DNA of 64,000 nt from Octopus sinensis (GCF_006345805.1 NC_043004.1:85808001-85872000); one strand, 5' to 3'. Positions 1 to 14,593 are shown, numbered from the stretch's first letter. Program-made: numbers and translations. Notes: a model not told the origin generated them from the sequence alone.

Positions 1-519
1 ATGTTTCATCGAAGCTTCCTACTCCAGTATCTGACTGGTACATTATTTTATCGACCCCGGGTATTAAAAGGTAAAGTTGTCCTTAGCGGTATTTTAATTC
101 AGATGTAAAAAGCCGGAAGAATGCCGCTAAGTATTTTGTTCGACGCGCGAACGATTCTTCTTAATTGTCCTTAATATACAACAAAATCTGTTTCAACACA
201 AGGCTTCACATTAAAACTGCTTGTAAAAATATTCAAAACTAATAAGAGTTACATACATTATTTACCAGTTACTAATCTATCGCCCCTCAATTTAGAACTT
301 GACGCCTGATAAACCAGTCAAGAAAAGAAAGTAGACGTCATTCGGAGCGGATAGCTCCGAAAAAATACTAGGCATCAAATGCAACGACTTTATCAGCAAC
401 AATGTTCACAGAATTGAACCTCAGGACGAAGAAACTCGCCAACTAACTCAGAGTGATTGATTATTACACATATACATTCATGCAGACATGCATACACATA
501 TGATATAAGTTTGTATGAA

Positions 520-811
<292 letters not shown>

Positions 812-2019
812 TAATTGTATGTGCATTTTTTCAATATGTACAAATAACACGGGAAAAATACATAAATAGTTACCAGGGTAGCAAAAAATTCACACAAGTA
901 CCAAGGATGTTACAGCCTACTTATAAAGGTAGAAATTCCAGGGTTTGGTGAAATGTTTTTGTATAACGGATAAATAAAGAAATGGAGTTACACGCTGGTG
1001 TTATGCAAATCTTTATACTTCCGACATATGTTTCGAAGAAAGCATTGTTATTATTCCAGAAGGAATAAAATGGTGGGTTGCTCGCTACTTTTGTAAAGTA
1101 GAAATTTATTATTCTTATACACGAATGTTCTTGACATATATATAGAGAAAAGAAAATAAGTTGCCTTTAGGAGCAGATAGCTTCGGAAAATACAAGGCAT
1201 CAAATGGAACAACTTATCAGCACCACGGTTCGAAAAAGTGGACCTCACGACGACCAAACTTGCCAACTAAGGCCTTCAGTTGAACTCACAGCTGCAACGG
1301 TGTAAGAGACATCACAAGATGAACTGGCACAAGAAGATCGATAAACCTACATTGGTAAACCTACAGTGGAACGATGTTTTGATGTTGGCTGGAGACTGAT
1401 GCTGTTGAAGTGATTTGATTGTCTCATATGTCACTCGATGCAGGAGCATCTACGTCTAGATAAGTCTCCGGAAAAAATAAATTAAATATCAGCCTCAGCT
1501 GGATTTGAAACTTGAGCTTCAACTTGCGAAAACTATAACGATTTTGTCGCCCACATTTCAGAAAACCTGACTTTTATAAATCTGTGAAACATTATATAAT
1601 CTTCTGTTAATCAAGATACAATTGTTTCATTATTTATTTTGTAAAGGTTTTTGTTGTTGTTATAATTTATTTATTTATTTATTTGTTTTAGTTTTGACTT
1701 TCGGAAACAAATGCTAACATTGTTTATACGACAAGTTAAAATAAATTCATTAGAATTTCGTTTTTATTTGGTTTGGAAGTTTAATTCTGGCATCATCTAG
1801 TTGTTACGAAAAGTATGAAATATTTTGTTGCGATTTTTCAGTTTTGTAAGAAATTATATTATTATTTTTTTTTTATTGATTTATTTCATTTGTGATTTTT
1901 ATTCTATTCACTTTTCTTTTCTGAAATTCCAATTACTTTGTCCTCTGCGTTGTAAAGAAACATGAAAAAGAAATAAACATTTACAAACCACAATAACAAC
2001 AACAACAACAACAACAAGA

Positions 2020-2070
<51 letters not shown>

Positions 2071-2116
2071 TATAATAATAATAATAATAATGATAATAAT
2101 AATAATAATAATAATA

Positions 2117-2164
<48 letters not shown>

Positions 2165-2855
2165 CAACAACAATAATAATACTAATAATGATGATGATGA
2201 TGATAATGATGATGATAATGATGATGATGATGATGATGATAATGATGATGATAATGATGATAATAGCAATAATAACAGCAACAACAACAACAACAAAAAG
2301 AAAAATATGAAAAACAACAATAATTACAATAGTAAATGAAATCTTTCAGATGCAATGAGTCTCCATTTCAATTTCTTCAAATTTGATAATCGCTTTTAAT
2401 TGATTCATAAACAATCAAAACGGTGTAAATTTTTCTATAACTATTATAATGTATTATTTCAACAGGATATAAATTACAATTCGGCATGATTATACAATCT
2501 ATAATTATTCAAATATATGTGCTTTGCTTTGTTTTCAGCAAAATAAAACTAAATAAGATAAATATTTGCTGTATTGATGCACTTTCACCGAAAAAAATAT
2601 AAAATAAAGTAAAGTAAGAAAAAAATTAAGTAGCAATCGTTATTTATATTTGTTAATTCACTTTAATGTTGCTTTTAAAAAACATTATTTAATAATTTAA
2701 GAAATTCGTCGCAGCGTAGATTATTTAAATAGCTGCAATAGAGCTAAGTGCTATGAGAATATATATGTTTACAAATAGACTACACATATACAGACACACA
2801 CACCACACACACACACACACACACATACACACCACACACACACATATATATATAT

Positions 2856-4063
2856 AGGGTAGACCATAACATCCTACTCTCAAAATTGGCAAATGTTGGA
2901 ATCCGTGGAAAAGTTCTACACTGGATTCAGTATTTCCTAGCGAATAGAACACAACATGTTGTAGTTGATGGAGTCCACTCAAACCCAGCAAAAGTCACCA
3001 GCGGTGTTCCCCAGGGAACTGTTTTGGGTCCGCTACTCTTCATAATTTATGTAAACGACCTTTCCAGTGTCGTACATCACTGCAAAGTGAAAATATTCGC
3101 TGATGACACTAAGCTCCAGGAAATCGTCAATGAAGAAGCAGACCGAACTCAACTCCAGTCTGACCTATATGCTGTGAGTCAATGGGCAGACAGAAACAAA
3201 ATGCAACTGAATGAGGGAAAATTTGAGCTGATGCATTTTGGAAGAAATTCCTCACTAAAACAACCATACTCTCTTCCTTCAGGGGAACCGCTCACAGCCT
3301 CTAACAATATCAGAGACCTGGGTGTAATTGTTGATGACGATCTCAGTTGGAGTGCACACATCAACAAGAAGGTCGATACAGCTCGTAGGATGAGTTCCTG
3401 GATCTTAAGAACTTTCCGGTCCAGAGAACAAGGTGTCATCATACCACTTTTTTCATCCTTGTACGGCCACACCTTGAATACTGCTGCCCACTGTGGTCTC
3501 CTCACACAAGACAAAACATCTCTAGAATTGAGTCACCCCAGAGGGCTCTCACTAAACAAATTGAAGGCATGGCTGCTCTCGACTATTGGGATCGCCTTAA
3601 AGCCTTGAAACTTTACTCCCTCCAGCGTCGCCGTGAGCGGTACATCATTTGTACGATGTGGAAAATATACCGCCAACTTTGCCCAAACGACCTAAACATT
3701 AGCTTCAAGGTTCATCCGAGACTTGGACCACGGGCTATACGTCCCCTGCCAAATTCAAGATCACAACATACATGTACACTGCAACATAATTTCTTTTCCT
3801 CAACAGCCCTGCCCTATTTAACATTGTCCCGAGGAGATCAAAGAGGAAAAGGAACCAATCAACTTCAAACAGAGTCTGGATAGATTCCTTCAAAGAATAC
3901 CAGACAAGCCACCCATAATTGGATACAACTCACCCAACAAGAACTCACTACTTGAACAAAACTTGACTTAAACAGGATTCGAATAATCCTATCAGGTGGT
4001 GCTATTAAGTTAGACATGGCCTGGACCAATCTCTGGTCGAAACATATCTACGTTTTATCTAAG
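2856..4063 (+). mobile_element. 5'-truncated CR1/L2-like (Jockey group) LINE: RT C-terminal half plus 3' UTR, frameshifted
   Basis: Reads RVDHNILLSKLANVGIRGKVLHWI...GVPQGTVLGPLLFIIYVNDL...KIFADD (RT motifs), then frameshifted RPHLEYCCPLW and YWDRLKALKLYSLQRRRER. Its 3' UTR shares aggtggtgctattaagttagacatggcctgg with the element at 53789-57649. Confidence 0.93.
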
Positions 4064-4098
4064 TTTTTATATATAATAGTTATATATGTGTATGTGTG

Positions 4099-4215
<117 letters not shown>

Positions 4216-5219
4216 TTAATCCAAACATGAAAACACAAAGAGTAAACACAACAACGCGAGGACATGGAACAAGTATAGTGTTATTGGACGCTCAGGAAAA
4301 GAAAGAAAGAAGGAGGATTTAAAGTTTCGAGCGGAGCTCTTCGTCAGAAAAATAGGAAAAGGAAAGATCCAAGGAAGGGAAGACGGAGGAAAAAAATCGC
4401 CAACGATACACACGCGGTCACATAATATATTATATATATATATATATACAAATTGTAAATGCAACCCTCCATGGGATAACATATATCCAATATACTGCTA
4501 GTGAAGTACCCAACAAAGTTAATACATAAATGTTAAGAATTGCGATGCAATTAATTCATTTACTGTATTATATGGGCAAAGGTAAAATATTTTACCACAA
4601 ATTCATAATACAAATAAGAAAATGGAGAAATACATCCAAATCAAATATCGATTACCAGATAATACCCAATCACATACTTTATTAAACCACCACATATGAA
4701 ACTTTAAAGTCATACATAATAATGTAGAACAAAACAGTGTACATAACGGAGTGTGCATAAAGGAGTAATGTTATACAATAAGTACAATACGTATAAGAGC
4801 ATATAAATATAAGTAAATATAAATATAAATATAGACTACATCTTACAGTTGTTTCGGCTATGCAGATAAGTATGTCTCATTTTACTTATATTAGCCATTT
4901 ATGGTAGGTCAATATGTAGTTATAAATGAGACATTTACAAAAATATCTTAAGGCGTCTTCGGAGATTATGTGATACAAATCAGAATACATACACACTTAT
5001 ATAGGTGTGGGTACATACCCATAATAAATCATATACATATACATATGAGTGCACATACTCATACTCCTATACATATAAATATACATATACATAATGATAT
5101 AAATAATATAAATCAATAAACATACATATTTTCCACATTCACTGTTACAGTTTTTCAACTTAATATTGTGATGTTTTTCTACATTGTAAGGGTATAAAGT
5201 GTGTGTGAAGGAATAACCT

Positions 5220-5640
5220 CAAGAAACCAGGTGTGTTCGGGAAATCTGATGAGAGGAAAAGATGCTTCAGCGCTCTGAGCGTAAAAGGGTCTGTCAGAAG
5301 GGTACGATTGGAAATGAAATCAACAGTGAATATTGCATATGTATTGTGTGCGATCGTGTTCTGTTGTTAAAAGCAGGATACATGAATCATGAAGTCACAT
5401 GAAAAATTGAAATGTCTAAGTAGGAAATAATCTTGTACCCCCAACCGCCTCTTGTGTCATATGTCACAAAACGTGTAAGACAATATCTGGTCTTAAAAGA
5501 CATATGCTGGTTCACTAAGACATTCCTTCAGAATCAGATTCCAAAGGGCAAAAATATAGAAGAAACTTGAATAATATCTGTCACTTATGTTTTAAACCGT
5601 CAGTCAGCTGCTGGTCATAAAAGTCATCTCAAGTATTGTG
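5220..5640 (+). mobile_element. Decayed RTE-like LINE C-terminus with three C2H2 zinc fingers
   Basis: EEKMLQRSERKR is followed by CIVCDRVLLLKAGYMNH(fs)KSH (5340-5400), intact CVICHKTCKTISGLKRHMLVH* (5453-5515) and CHLCFKP(fs)SAAGHKSHL (from 5579). Confidence 0.6.
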
Positions 5641-5757
5641 GCTGTGTGATGGAGTTGGTGTGTGCGATGATTAGATAGCTATCCTGTGTCAAGATGAAGC
5701 AAACATCATATATGTATGCAAACCAGATACACATACGATATATGTATGTATGTACAC

Positions 5758-5818
<61 letters not shown>

Positions 5819-5847
5819 CAGTTAGAAAAGGCATATATATATGTGTA

Positions 5848-5878
<31 letters not shown>

Positions 5879-5938
5879 ATTTTAAAATTATAAGTATATG
5901 AAAGAATGGAATGAACGACTAGTTAACAAATATCCTTT

Positions 5939-6023
5939 ATTCTCGACATATATTTCGAAGGCTGCATATTCCTAATTCCGAAGGAATAAGGAGTACATTA
6001 TGCAGATTTCTCATCAGGAAAAT
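5939..6023 (-). ncRNA. Minimal type I hammerhead ribozyme candidate (Penelope type)
   Basis: AUUUUC-CUGAUGA-helix II (GAA/UUC plus CUGCAUA/UAUGCAG)-GAAA-U-AUAU-GUC-GAGAAU: both cores intact, GUC cleavage triplet, 6-bp helix I. Confidence 0.65.
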
Positions 6024-6127
6024 CAAGGAACTTATGTCGACATCAAAATGCACAAAAAACTTTTAGCTGACCCACGTATCGTTTATCTTTCGAATTATCC
6101 TTAATAAGATAATTCATTCAACTACTC

Positions 6128-6158
<31 letters not shown>

Positions 6159-6396
6159 CATATAATTAATAATATCAGGATAATAGAGATTTTACAAATT
6201 TTTACCACTAGTGGCCTAGCGTATAGAAAAATTAGTCAATATACTATATATTATTCATATAAAATACAGTGTACATTTAAGCACATTAAGGGGTATCAAT
6301 CATAGGACTCCCTTAAGCTAGAAGGACTTTAGCTGTTCCTTCTAGGGTAAGGGAGTTCTATGATGAATACCTTTTAATGTGTTTAAATGCACTCCG

Positions 6397-6427
<31 letters not shown>

Positions 6428-7015
6428 AGCATAAACAAACGGAAAACAGACACAGAAGGTCAGCAAAACCTCACCACTTTTAGGCCACAGGTTGTCACCA
6501 ATTTTCCGACTTTAACGATAATATCATACCCCCTTGATGGAGCCGGCGGCGGGAAGCGGCTTGGAAAAAGCGAAAAATGAACAAGAGACCACGATTTGCT
6601 AAGGTAGGATGAGCAAAAAAATGCTCCATCTAGTGAGAAATATAGATAGTTTAATGTGCAGTGTATTAAAGGTAGGGTTTCTTACAGATTCTTGCCATAG
6701 AACCACATGGTTAGGTACGTTATAAAAATCTGCAGAACCACTATCTTTTTGTCAAGAAACTATTACTAGCTATTATTTTAATATACTGTACATTAAACTG
6801 CGTGTGTGTGCGCGCGCGTATTGCACGCTTCTTAATACATTAAGAATGTCTAACGCTTCTTTCTTGCAATACTGGTGCTTCGGTACACTCAGTTATAATT
6901 TGCGACGATAAAAGTTTTCCTTTATGGGATTATATTGCGCCTTGCTGTTTCTATTTGATTTACGCCTTTGATTTACGCCTTAACATTTCGCTAAATCAGC
7001 CATAAATGTTTATAG

Positions 7016-7061
<46 letters not shown>

Positions 7062-10000
7062 TATATACATATATAATTTCAAAGTAATAATAAAGGGGTA
7101 AAATTAATTAAGTAAATTAATTAATTAATCAATCAATTAATTAATAATTTTCACCAAGTAGATCGGTACGTTAAAATAGTCTTTATAGGTAAAATTATAC
7201 TAATATTTTATAATTATATACATAATTATAATTAGGGTTCAGCTAATTGCTTCACCACATACCGAATTTAGAAATAGGAGTTAAAAATTCCTTTCCTACT
7301 ACCGTAAGAATCTCCCAGACACTTTTTTACGTAGGAGATTAAAGTTTTTATTGACTTTTTTTTCATCATCAGTATTCGATCGCGGACTAAATTATAATTT
7401 TAGATTAATAATAAAAGGGTAAAATTATTTAATTTATCAATTAATTAATTAATAATTTTACCAAGTAGATAATTACATTAAGATAACATTTATAGTTTTC
7501 TGCGGTACTGCTCGTAACATACACGTGGGTACAAGGGATAAATATGTATTCACATTCGGCCATGTAAATTTTGGAACTTTTGGTTGGATATCTGTTGCAC
7601 AATGTCACTCGATTGTGTGCATATTTAACCAAAGCATTTTCAAATTTTCTTTTGGAAATGTTACACTAATAATAAGAATAAACACTTTAATCTCGAAACG
7701 CGTCTGTGGCTAATCGGGGTCGAGTTGATTCATTATTTTTTCTTTGCCTTCGTAAAAAAAATTGTGTTACTGTCTGGGAGATTCTTACGGTAGTAGGAAA
7801 GGAATTAATTAAGACTGAATTCATAAATTTTTAAGTAGCATATATAAATCGCAGAATTATGGCCGAAATAGTTATCTCCAGAGGATCTATGGTCTGATGG
7901 CTGCCGACAAGGTACGTAGCTCGAAGATCAGGGAGTTTCTCTAGATCGGGTCGCTATTTCCACACATTGACAGGTCACAGATTTCATACTGCAGACATGT
8001 GATTAGAACGTCACAGAAAAGGGTTGCAGGAGGGTTTCTTCAAGCCAAGCTTAGTAGTAAGAGATCTACGGGTAGCAATGAGATGGCTGGATAATATCCA
8101 TGTTCTCAGTAGGTTGCGTCTAGTTATTCAACCGAGAAGTGTAATGGTGGTTGTTCTCATAGGACACTGTGCAGGAGCTGCCGGAAGGCGCTACTCTGGT
8201 GACCCACCCGGGAATATTGGTTGGGGCAAATAGGTGGATAGAGTAATATTGATTTCAAATATTAGCACAAGGCCAGTAATCTAGAGGAATGGTTAAGTCC
8301 ATTACGACGACCCCAGTGCTCATATGGCACATTATTTTAACGATATCGGAATGATGAAAGACAAAGACGACCTCGGAAGTATTTGGACTCAGAGTGTGAG
8401 GACTAACGAAATGCCTCTAAGCATTTTACCCGGCGTGCAAACGATTCTGCCAGATCGCCGCGTATAAACGGATGGAGTAGGATTGTGTCGAAATTTTAAA
8501 ATTCATGACAACATTGGTTTTCATCTTTCAAGGTTTAAATATTTGTTGACAAAGTAGAGTCTATATTTAAAGCTATCGGAAATAGTTAAGATGTGGAATA
8601 ATGGATGTCCTATGTAAAAACAATTATAAATAAATGAAATAAGTTGCAAAAGTTATAGATATTTAAAGAAAAGATTAAGATTCAATTTCTCTATTATTAT
8701 TTGTTTTAAAGGCGAAATAGTGTGATATTGGTTTAAGAGACAACTGTAGACATGTTTCACTTTATTAAGCTTCATCAGCTTACTATAGTCTACGTGTTCC
8801 AGTAAGTTGACACATTTTGCATATAGATAAAGAGTAAAAAATAGTGATCACTATAATTTGCTTAAATTAAGTATATAATTAGTTACATGAAATAGCATGA
8901 ATATACTTGATTTTTTGTTTTTTCTATTTTTTTCGCTTAATGTATTTTTTCTTCCTAAAGTATTGCGTTTATCCTTAACGCCAATGACATTTAGGCCGTC
9001 ACTCAATTTCTTGTAGCACACTCCATTTTAGAAATATGTTGGTTATATCGAATTTTCAATGGACTGGTCTTTAAGCAAATAATATTTCTAATTATTTGTA
9101 CATTTATTCTATCCTTTCAAAATAATAGACAATTGGAACTCTTAAAAATCTACAAATAAGGAGCGTGCAATTGTATGGCTGTATAGTAAGGCAGAATTCC
9201 GGTAACATAGAACTTTTCAATTGATAAGTTTGTTAAACATTCGAAAAGTGATGTTATAGCTAAATGCTCTCTAAATATAGTAAGCGGATTATATTTATTT
9301 AAGTATTTCTGATTCCTAGTCAACTGGTATTATTATTTTTGTTACTGGGGTATCTTTACATTAAAGCCGTTCCCTGATAGACATTTAGTTTCAATATTTG
9401 CTGCATAACTAAAAGAGGTTTCATTAAATGAGATACCAAATAACCAGGGGCTGATTTTTCTGGATAAAGTTGAAGTTGTTATTGATTTTATTTATTTATT
9501 GATCATTATTTTTTTGCAAGTAGTGAATAACAGTTTTAATTGTCATTGCTCTATTGCGAAATTTTGTAAGATTTTCCATCTTGGTGTTGCTGGCATATAT
9601 CAAAAGTTAAAGTAAACATCATTCGACTAAAATGATTTTTGTCATCTTGTAAAATGATCTTTTTCTTCAAAGCATAATTTTCTTGTTTGATTAATGATTA
9701 TTGATCTATTAATTATTTTGACGATAATTTACATATATTTAATGCTGATGAAGTTTTTGGAATATTTTATTCCTAAACAATACTGTTAACATACATCAAC
9801 AAAAATACATCCTGTACTAGTACATAGTGACTCATTTGCTATTACATCGATAAATACAACGAATTTTATACTTTACTAATGTGATCGAAATAGGACAGAA
9901 ACTTGTGAGTAGTTATCTCCCTTATTTACTCGAAAATTTAAAATACTACACATTGTCTAATGTTTTTGCTTCTACACCATATATTTTTCTTTTAGGTTTG

Positions 10001-10391
10001 TAATAGTTCGATGTTTCGAATACTTTAACTCAGACAAACCTATTATAATACTATATACGAGAATTAACATACGTGTGGAAGTGTTCAAATTTAAAATAAT
10101 CCTACGTGTCTTCGTTACAAGATGGCCATGTGGCGTGCGAACTTACAATCTATTAATATTTTGTTTTCTGCTACATTTGTCAAATTTCCAATATGTCTGC
10201 CGTTGTATTTCTATTGCTGCAGAAACCGGTCGGCCCGATTCCACTCTTATTCATTTACACGCCATGTTTTAAAGAGAGAGAGTAAATCTGTCTTGCCTTG
10301 CCTGTCAAATTCAGGGTGTGAGATTTAAAAATAATTTTGGCAGCTACCATTGACTTGATAATATTATTATCTCATTCCCTCCTTCTCTTTC

Positions 10392-10427
<36 letters not shown>

Positions 10428-11460
10428 TTCTCGCTCTCTCTCTCTCCCACACGCACGCACCACGAACGTTCGTTCCTAATGTATACACGCACATGACCAC
10501 TCACATCCTATGTCAGTATTGTTAAGATTTCTACTGTCTTCTAGATAAGTACGATAAAATAACGAATAATGTTTCTCCGCGCGAATGTATCTGCGCATGC
10601 GTATGTATTGTGTAGTACACGTCTTTCTATTGGCTTTTTGCATTGTTGTTTTGTTTCTTATTTCCTTTATGAAATTGGCACGTTATCAATCTAGTTCTAA
10701 ACTCCACAATGCCTTTCAATGTGAGCACAAATGTATAGAGTTCGCAAGCTAGAGTTAGATACATACATAAAGGCCAACAGAATAGGATACAATTAAATAA
10801 TGTTTAATACTAGAAAGCAGAATAGAATATAAGTAGAAAGACTGTTATTGAAGAACCAAACTGAAGAATTTAAGTATCATAGTACTCGTTTTCTGTTGAA
10901 GACGATTCGCATACAAAAACTACAAAATATAAATTAATTTATCGGAAGCTAAAGAAAATTGTTGTGACGAGAATACTGAAAGCTGCCTTAAGACGTTCTT
11001 AAAAACACCACTAGATTTACCAGTCTTACAACCACGACTAAGAATAGGTAGAGTTGGAGTGCTTTATTGTTACATAGAAACTATAATGGTACAGTATTCG
11101 ATTTTTTCTTGTTTCTTCTGTTTTTCTTATTTTTTTTTTGCATTTATTTATTATTATTTATTTCATTTTTTTTTCATTTGCTTTTTCTGCGTACCATTTC
11201 CAAGGGGGGAAACACATTTTGATAGTAGCATCCTTTTGGTTATAGTAATGCCGTTGTATGGAAGATTCTCTGATGAGGAACAACTTTAGTGAAGCGGAAT
11301 GTAAGGATGTAACATATAAATTATATTCGATAGAATAAATAGAAGAAAAGCCAGTCAGTTTGAGAGGGACGAACAGTAGTGCTACTTCATAAACGCATTC
11401 ACATACACACATGTGCACACACATACGCCATACACATACACACGCACATAAACACACAGA

Positions 11461-11537
<77 letters not shown>

Positions 11538-11542
11538 GAAGG

Positions 11543-11623
<81 letters not shown>

Positions 11624-12253
11624 GGTTTCACCATGCTCCTGGGGTGAAACATTTTGGTAGTAACATCGTTGTAGGCATTGCTTTCAAAGCGCAATGAGCT
11701 GGATCAGATACGGCAAGGCATCTTGTTCAGCCGTCTAACATTTCCGGTAATTCACTGGTCTGTGTTGGAACATTTTTTTTTTTTTTTTTGCTGTAGAGCC
11801 TCAAATGCTAAAAGACTGACTGGATCGTTAAACAGAGAGAGAGAGAGTCAAATGAATAAAAGAAAGAAAGAAAGAAAGATAATCCCGTGTAATAGTTTCT
11901 CCAATACCTTAAGAGTTCTGCCTATTCGTTGCTTATGACGTGTAATGATAGTGGAAATGATAATATCGTAATGTGGAAAGGAACGTGTAACGTAAGGAGA
12001 ACCAGTAAGATTCGATTGTCGAAAAGTAGACTTTACTGTGCCCTTGGCCGTGCTTTTACTCTTAATCAGAATAAAGATTGATTTATATATTGATTTAGTT
12101 CGTGAATGTGGAGTGAACATTAGGGGAAATTAATTTCCCTATCATCTAATGATGAAGCGCTAAATAATGATACTGAAATTCCCTTAAAGTTTCGTATTTA
12201 AGCGATAATGTAAAGCAGGCACGCTGCTTCATTTTGTTACTCCCGTCAGTCAC

Positions 12254-13220
12254 AACACCGTTGAGACAAAAGTTTTGCAATATTTTGGTAACTTATTTCC
12301 GATGGAGATATTTTTTCGCCCTGTAAACGTGAATAAGCAGTGGCTAACCAAATGCCAGCTTCAAGAACCTGTCGCCAAATATGTGCGTTTCGGAGACATG
12401 ATGATGTTCTGTGTCTGGTGGAATTATTAGGGAATAATACACTACGAGCGGTCGAACCATAGATAGTGGAGGCACATGGCCTAGTGGTTAGAGCAGTGGA
12501 TTCGTGGTCGAGAGATCGCGGGTTCGAATCTGAGACCGGGCGATGTGTGTGTTTATGAGCGAAAACACCTATTCTCCACGCGGCTCCGGCAGAAGGTACT
12601 GGTAAACTTCTGCTGACTCTTTCGCCACAACTTTCCCTCACTCTTTCCTCTTGCAGCTCACCTGCGACGGACACGCGTCCCGTCCAGGTGGAGAACCTAT
12701 ACGCTAAGAAACCGGGAAACAGGCCCTTATGAGCCAGGCATGGCTCGAAAAGGGACAAAACAAAACAACTATAGATATCAACTTCTTCTCTGAACAGCAA
12801 GAGCGGATGTATGCTATTCTGCGGCAAAAATACCCGGCATTGGTTAACAGAAAGTGAACACTTCTGCAGCAAGAGAACTCAAGACCACATGCACCTCAAA
12901 CGGCCTAGAATAAACTCCAGAAACTTGAGGAATACGAACTGATACCGCACACAGCATATAATGCGAATCTAGCACCCTCGGATTAATTTTTGTATCGATC
13001 CCTGGCTCACTTCCTGCGAATGCCTGGCTTCATCAACCCAGATGAGATCTTCAGTAAAGGAGTTCTGTGCCACGTGGGATCAAAGAACTAGAAGAAAAAT
13101 GAGTTTTGACGGTGCAACACGATGACCTCTACTTTCAATGCTAGGCTGCCTCTGTTCTAACTTGAGGAATAAAGTAAATATGTTGCCAAAATATTGCAAA
13201 AGCTTTGATTCTGTACACTA
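12254..13220 (+). mobile_element. Internally deleted mariner transposon interrupted by a SINE
   Basis: Imperfect TIRs ...caaaagttttgcaatattttggtaac (12254-12292) and gttgccaaaatattgcaaaagctttg... (13182-13220). Transposase remnants MMFCVWWNY*GIIHYE and LLQQENSRPHA...ELIPHTAYNANLAPSD*FLYRSL. Confidence 0.85.
12466..12770 (+). mobile_element. tRNA-derived SINE (family C here) with 7-bp target-site duplication
   Basis: A box tggcctagtgg and B box ggttcgaatc; ATAGATA is duplicated at 12459-12465 and 12771-12777. Related minus-strand copies lie at 28140-28337 and 52940-53250. Confidence 0.88.
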
Positions 13221-14539
13221 TAATGAATATCGTCCCTAGACACGAAGTTAAGAGTGATATCTAGAAATAAATAGCAGTAGGCATATCTCTAAATTCGGTA
13301 GGTTATCAAGTTAGTGACTCAACCTATTGCTAAATTTTATGCTGCATAGTGGTCTGCAAACTTTGAGATTTTCGATTTTACGTTCGATTGTTTTCCTTTT
13401 AGTCGAGGGGGAAAGGACTCCTTATGAATGCTTTCTCTCTCTACATAACCTCCGGCACCGGAGTGGAGAGAAATTAAGGTATTCTCAAACCTAATTCATG
13501 CACAGAGTGGATTCCACGAAAGACATTCAAAATGCCAGGTGGTGGTATTAAACCGATTGAAGTGTTAAGGTTATTCTTAACAACACTTACATATTCATTG
13601 TGGTTTTGCAGTTAAAATGTCTTTTTCAAATGAGATAAAGTATTGTTCCTTCATTCGAGAGGACACAGAAGTCGAAACATCAAGTGTTCTTGTTGCTGAC
13701 ATGTGGCACAGTGACGATGGTATTGAAATTATGAATGGTGTGATCTTTAACATTCCATATGACATTTGACAATGCTGGGCAGTTTCCATTCTGCTTATGT
13801 CATGACAGATATATTTCTGTTTCTATTATCGGCTTTTGATGCTACCATCACACATTCCGATAACTGATTTAGGTTAAGTATCTCTTCGTGCTAATATGGA
13901 CACGTAGTATACCAATGATAACATTTAATATACATTTTTTTAATGGCTATAATCCTTTATTTTGGCAATTTAGCCTCCCTGCCATTTGGGCTGTAGTCAT
14001 TTATCCGATGATTGTTTATGGAAAAGGTTTCTATTTTCTTGGGTCTATGAAATTGATAGATACATAAATAACGGGTGCCTATCTGTTATTTTAGAGTGCA
14101 TACTTTGAACGATTATCTTCGTCTTGTCTGACACGCATCCGCTATATTTTAAATATTTGTGGGTAATATTTTGCAATATCTATGCCTTGTAGAGAAATAC
14201 TTCTGGAAAGATTTAACAGGTTTCTAGTAATATTGGATTTTAAATGTACGTTATGTAGCAGCTAGCAGGATTTCCGTTTATTTGGCTCTGCTTTCATAAC
14301 GTGAAGGATGAACACATTCAAGGATAAATTTAATTTATTCCCTTAATCCATATTTCGCCAGCACTTTCTTGTAATGGTTTCCAGCTCTCAAACATATTAC
14401 TTTCTCTGATCTAAGGACATCCTGAAAATTCTTTTGTGAGTGTGTGTGTGTGTGTATGAGTGATTCCGAAGCAGAATGCATGTACGCGCGCGGCAGCGTG
14501 CTTGTCTGCGTGAGTGTGTGTGTATGTATATATATATAG

Positions 14540-14593
<54 letters not shown>

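Noticed and set aside
10560-10640. NRF1-like tgcgcatgcg plus ATTGG as a promoter
   Set aside because: Two short motifs next to CA-type repeats; no transcript evidence.
13595-13810. Minus-strand peptide ALSNVIWNVKDH, faintly like a PLE endonuclease C-terminus
   Set aside because: Similarity too weak to support without a search.
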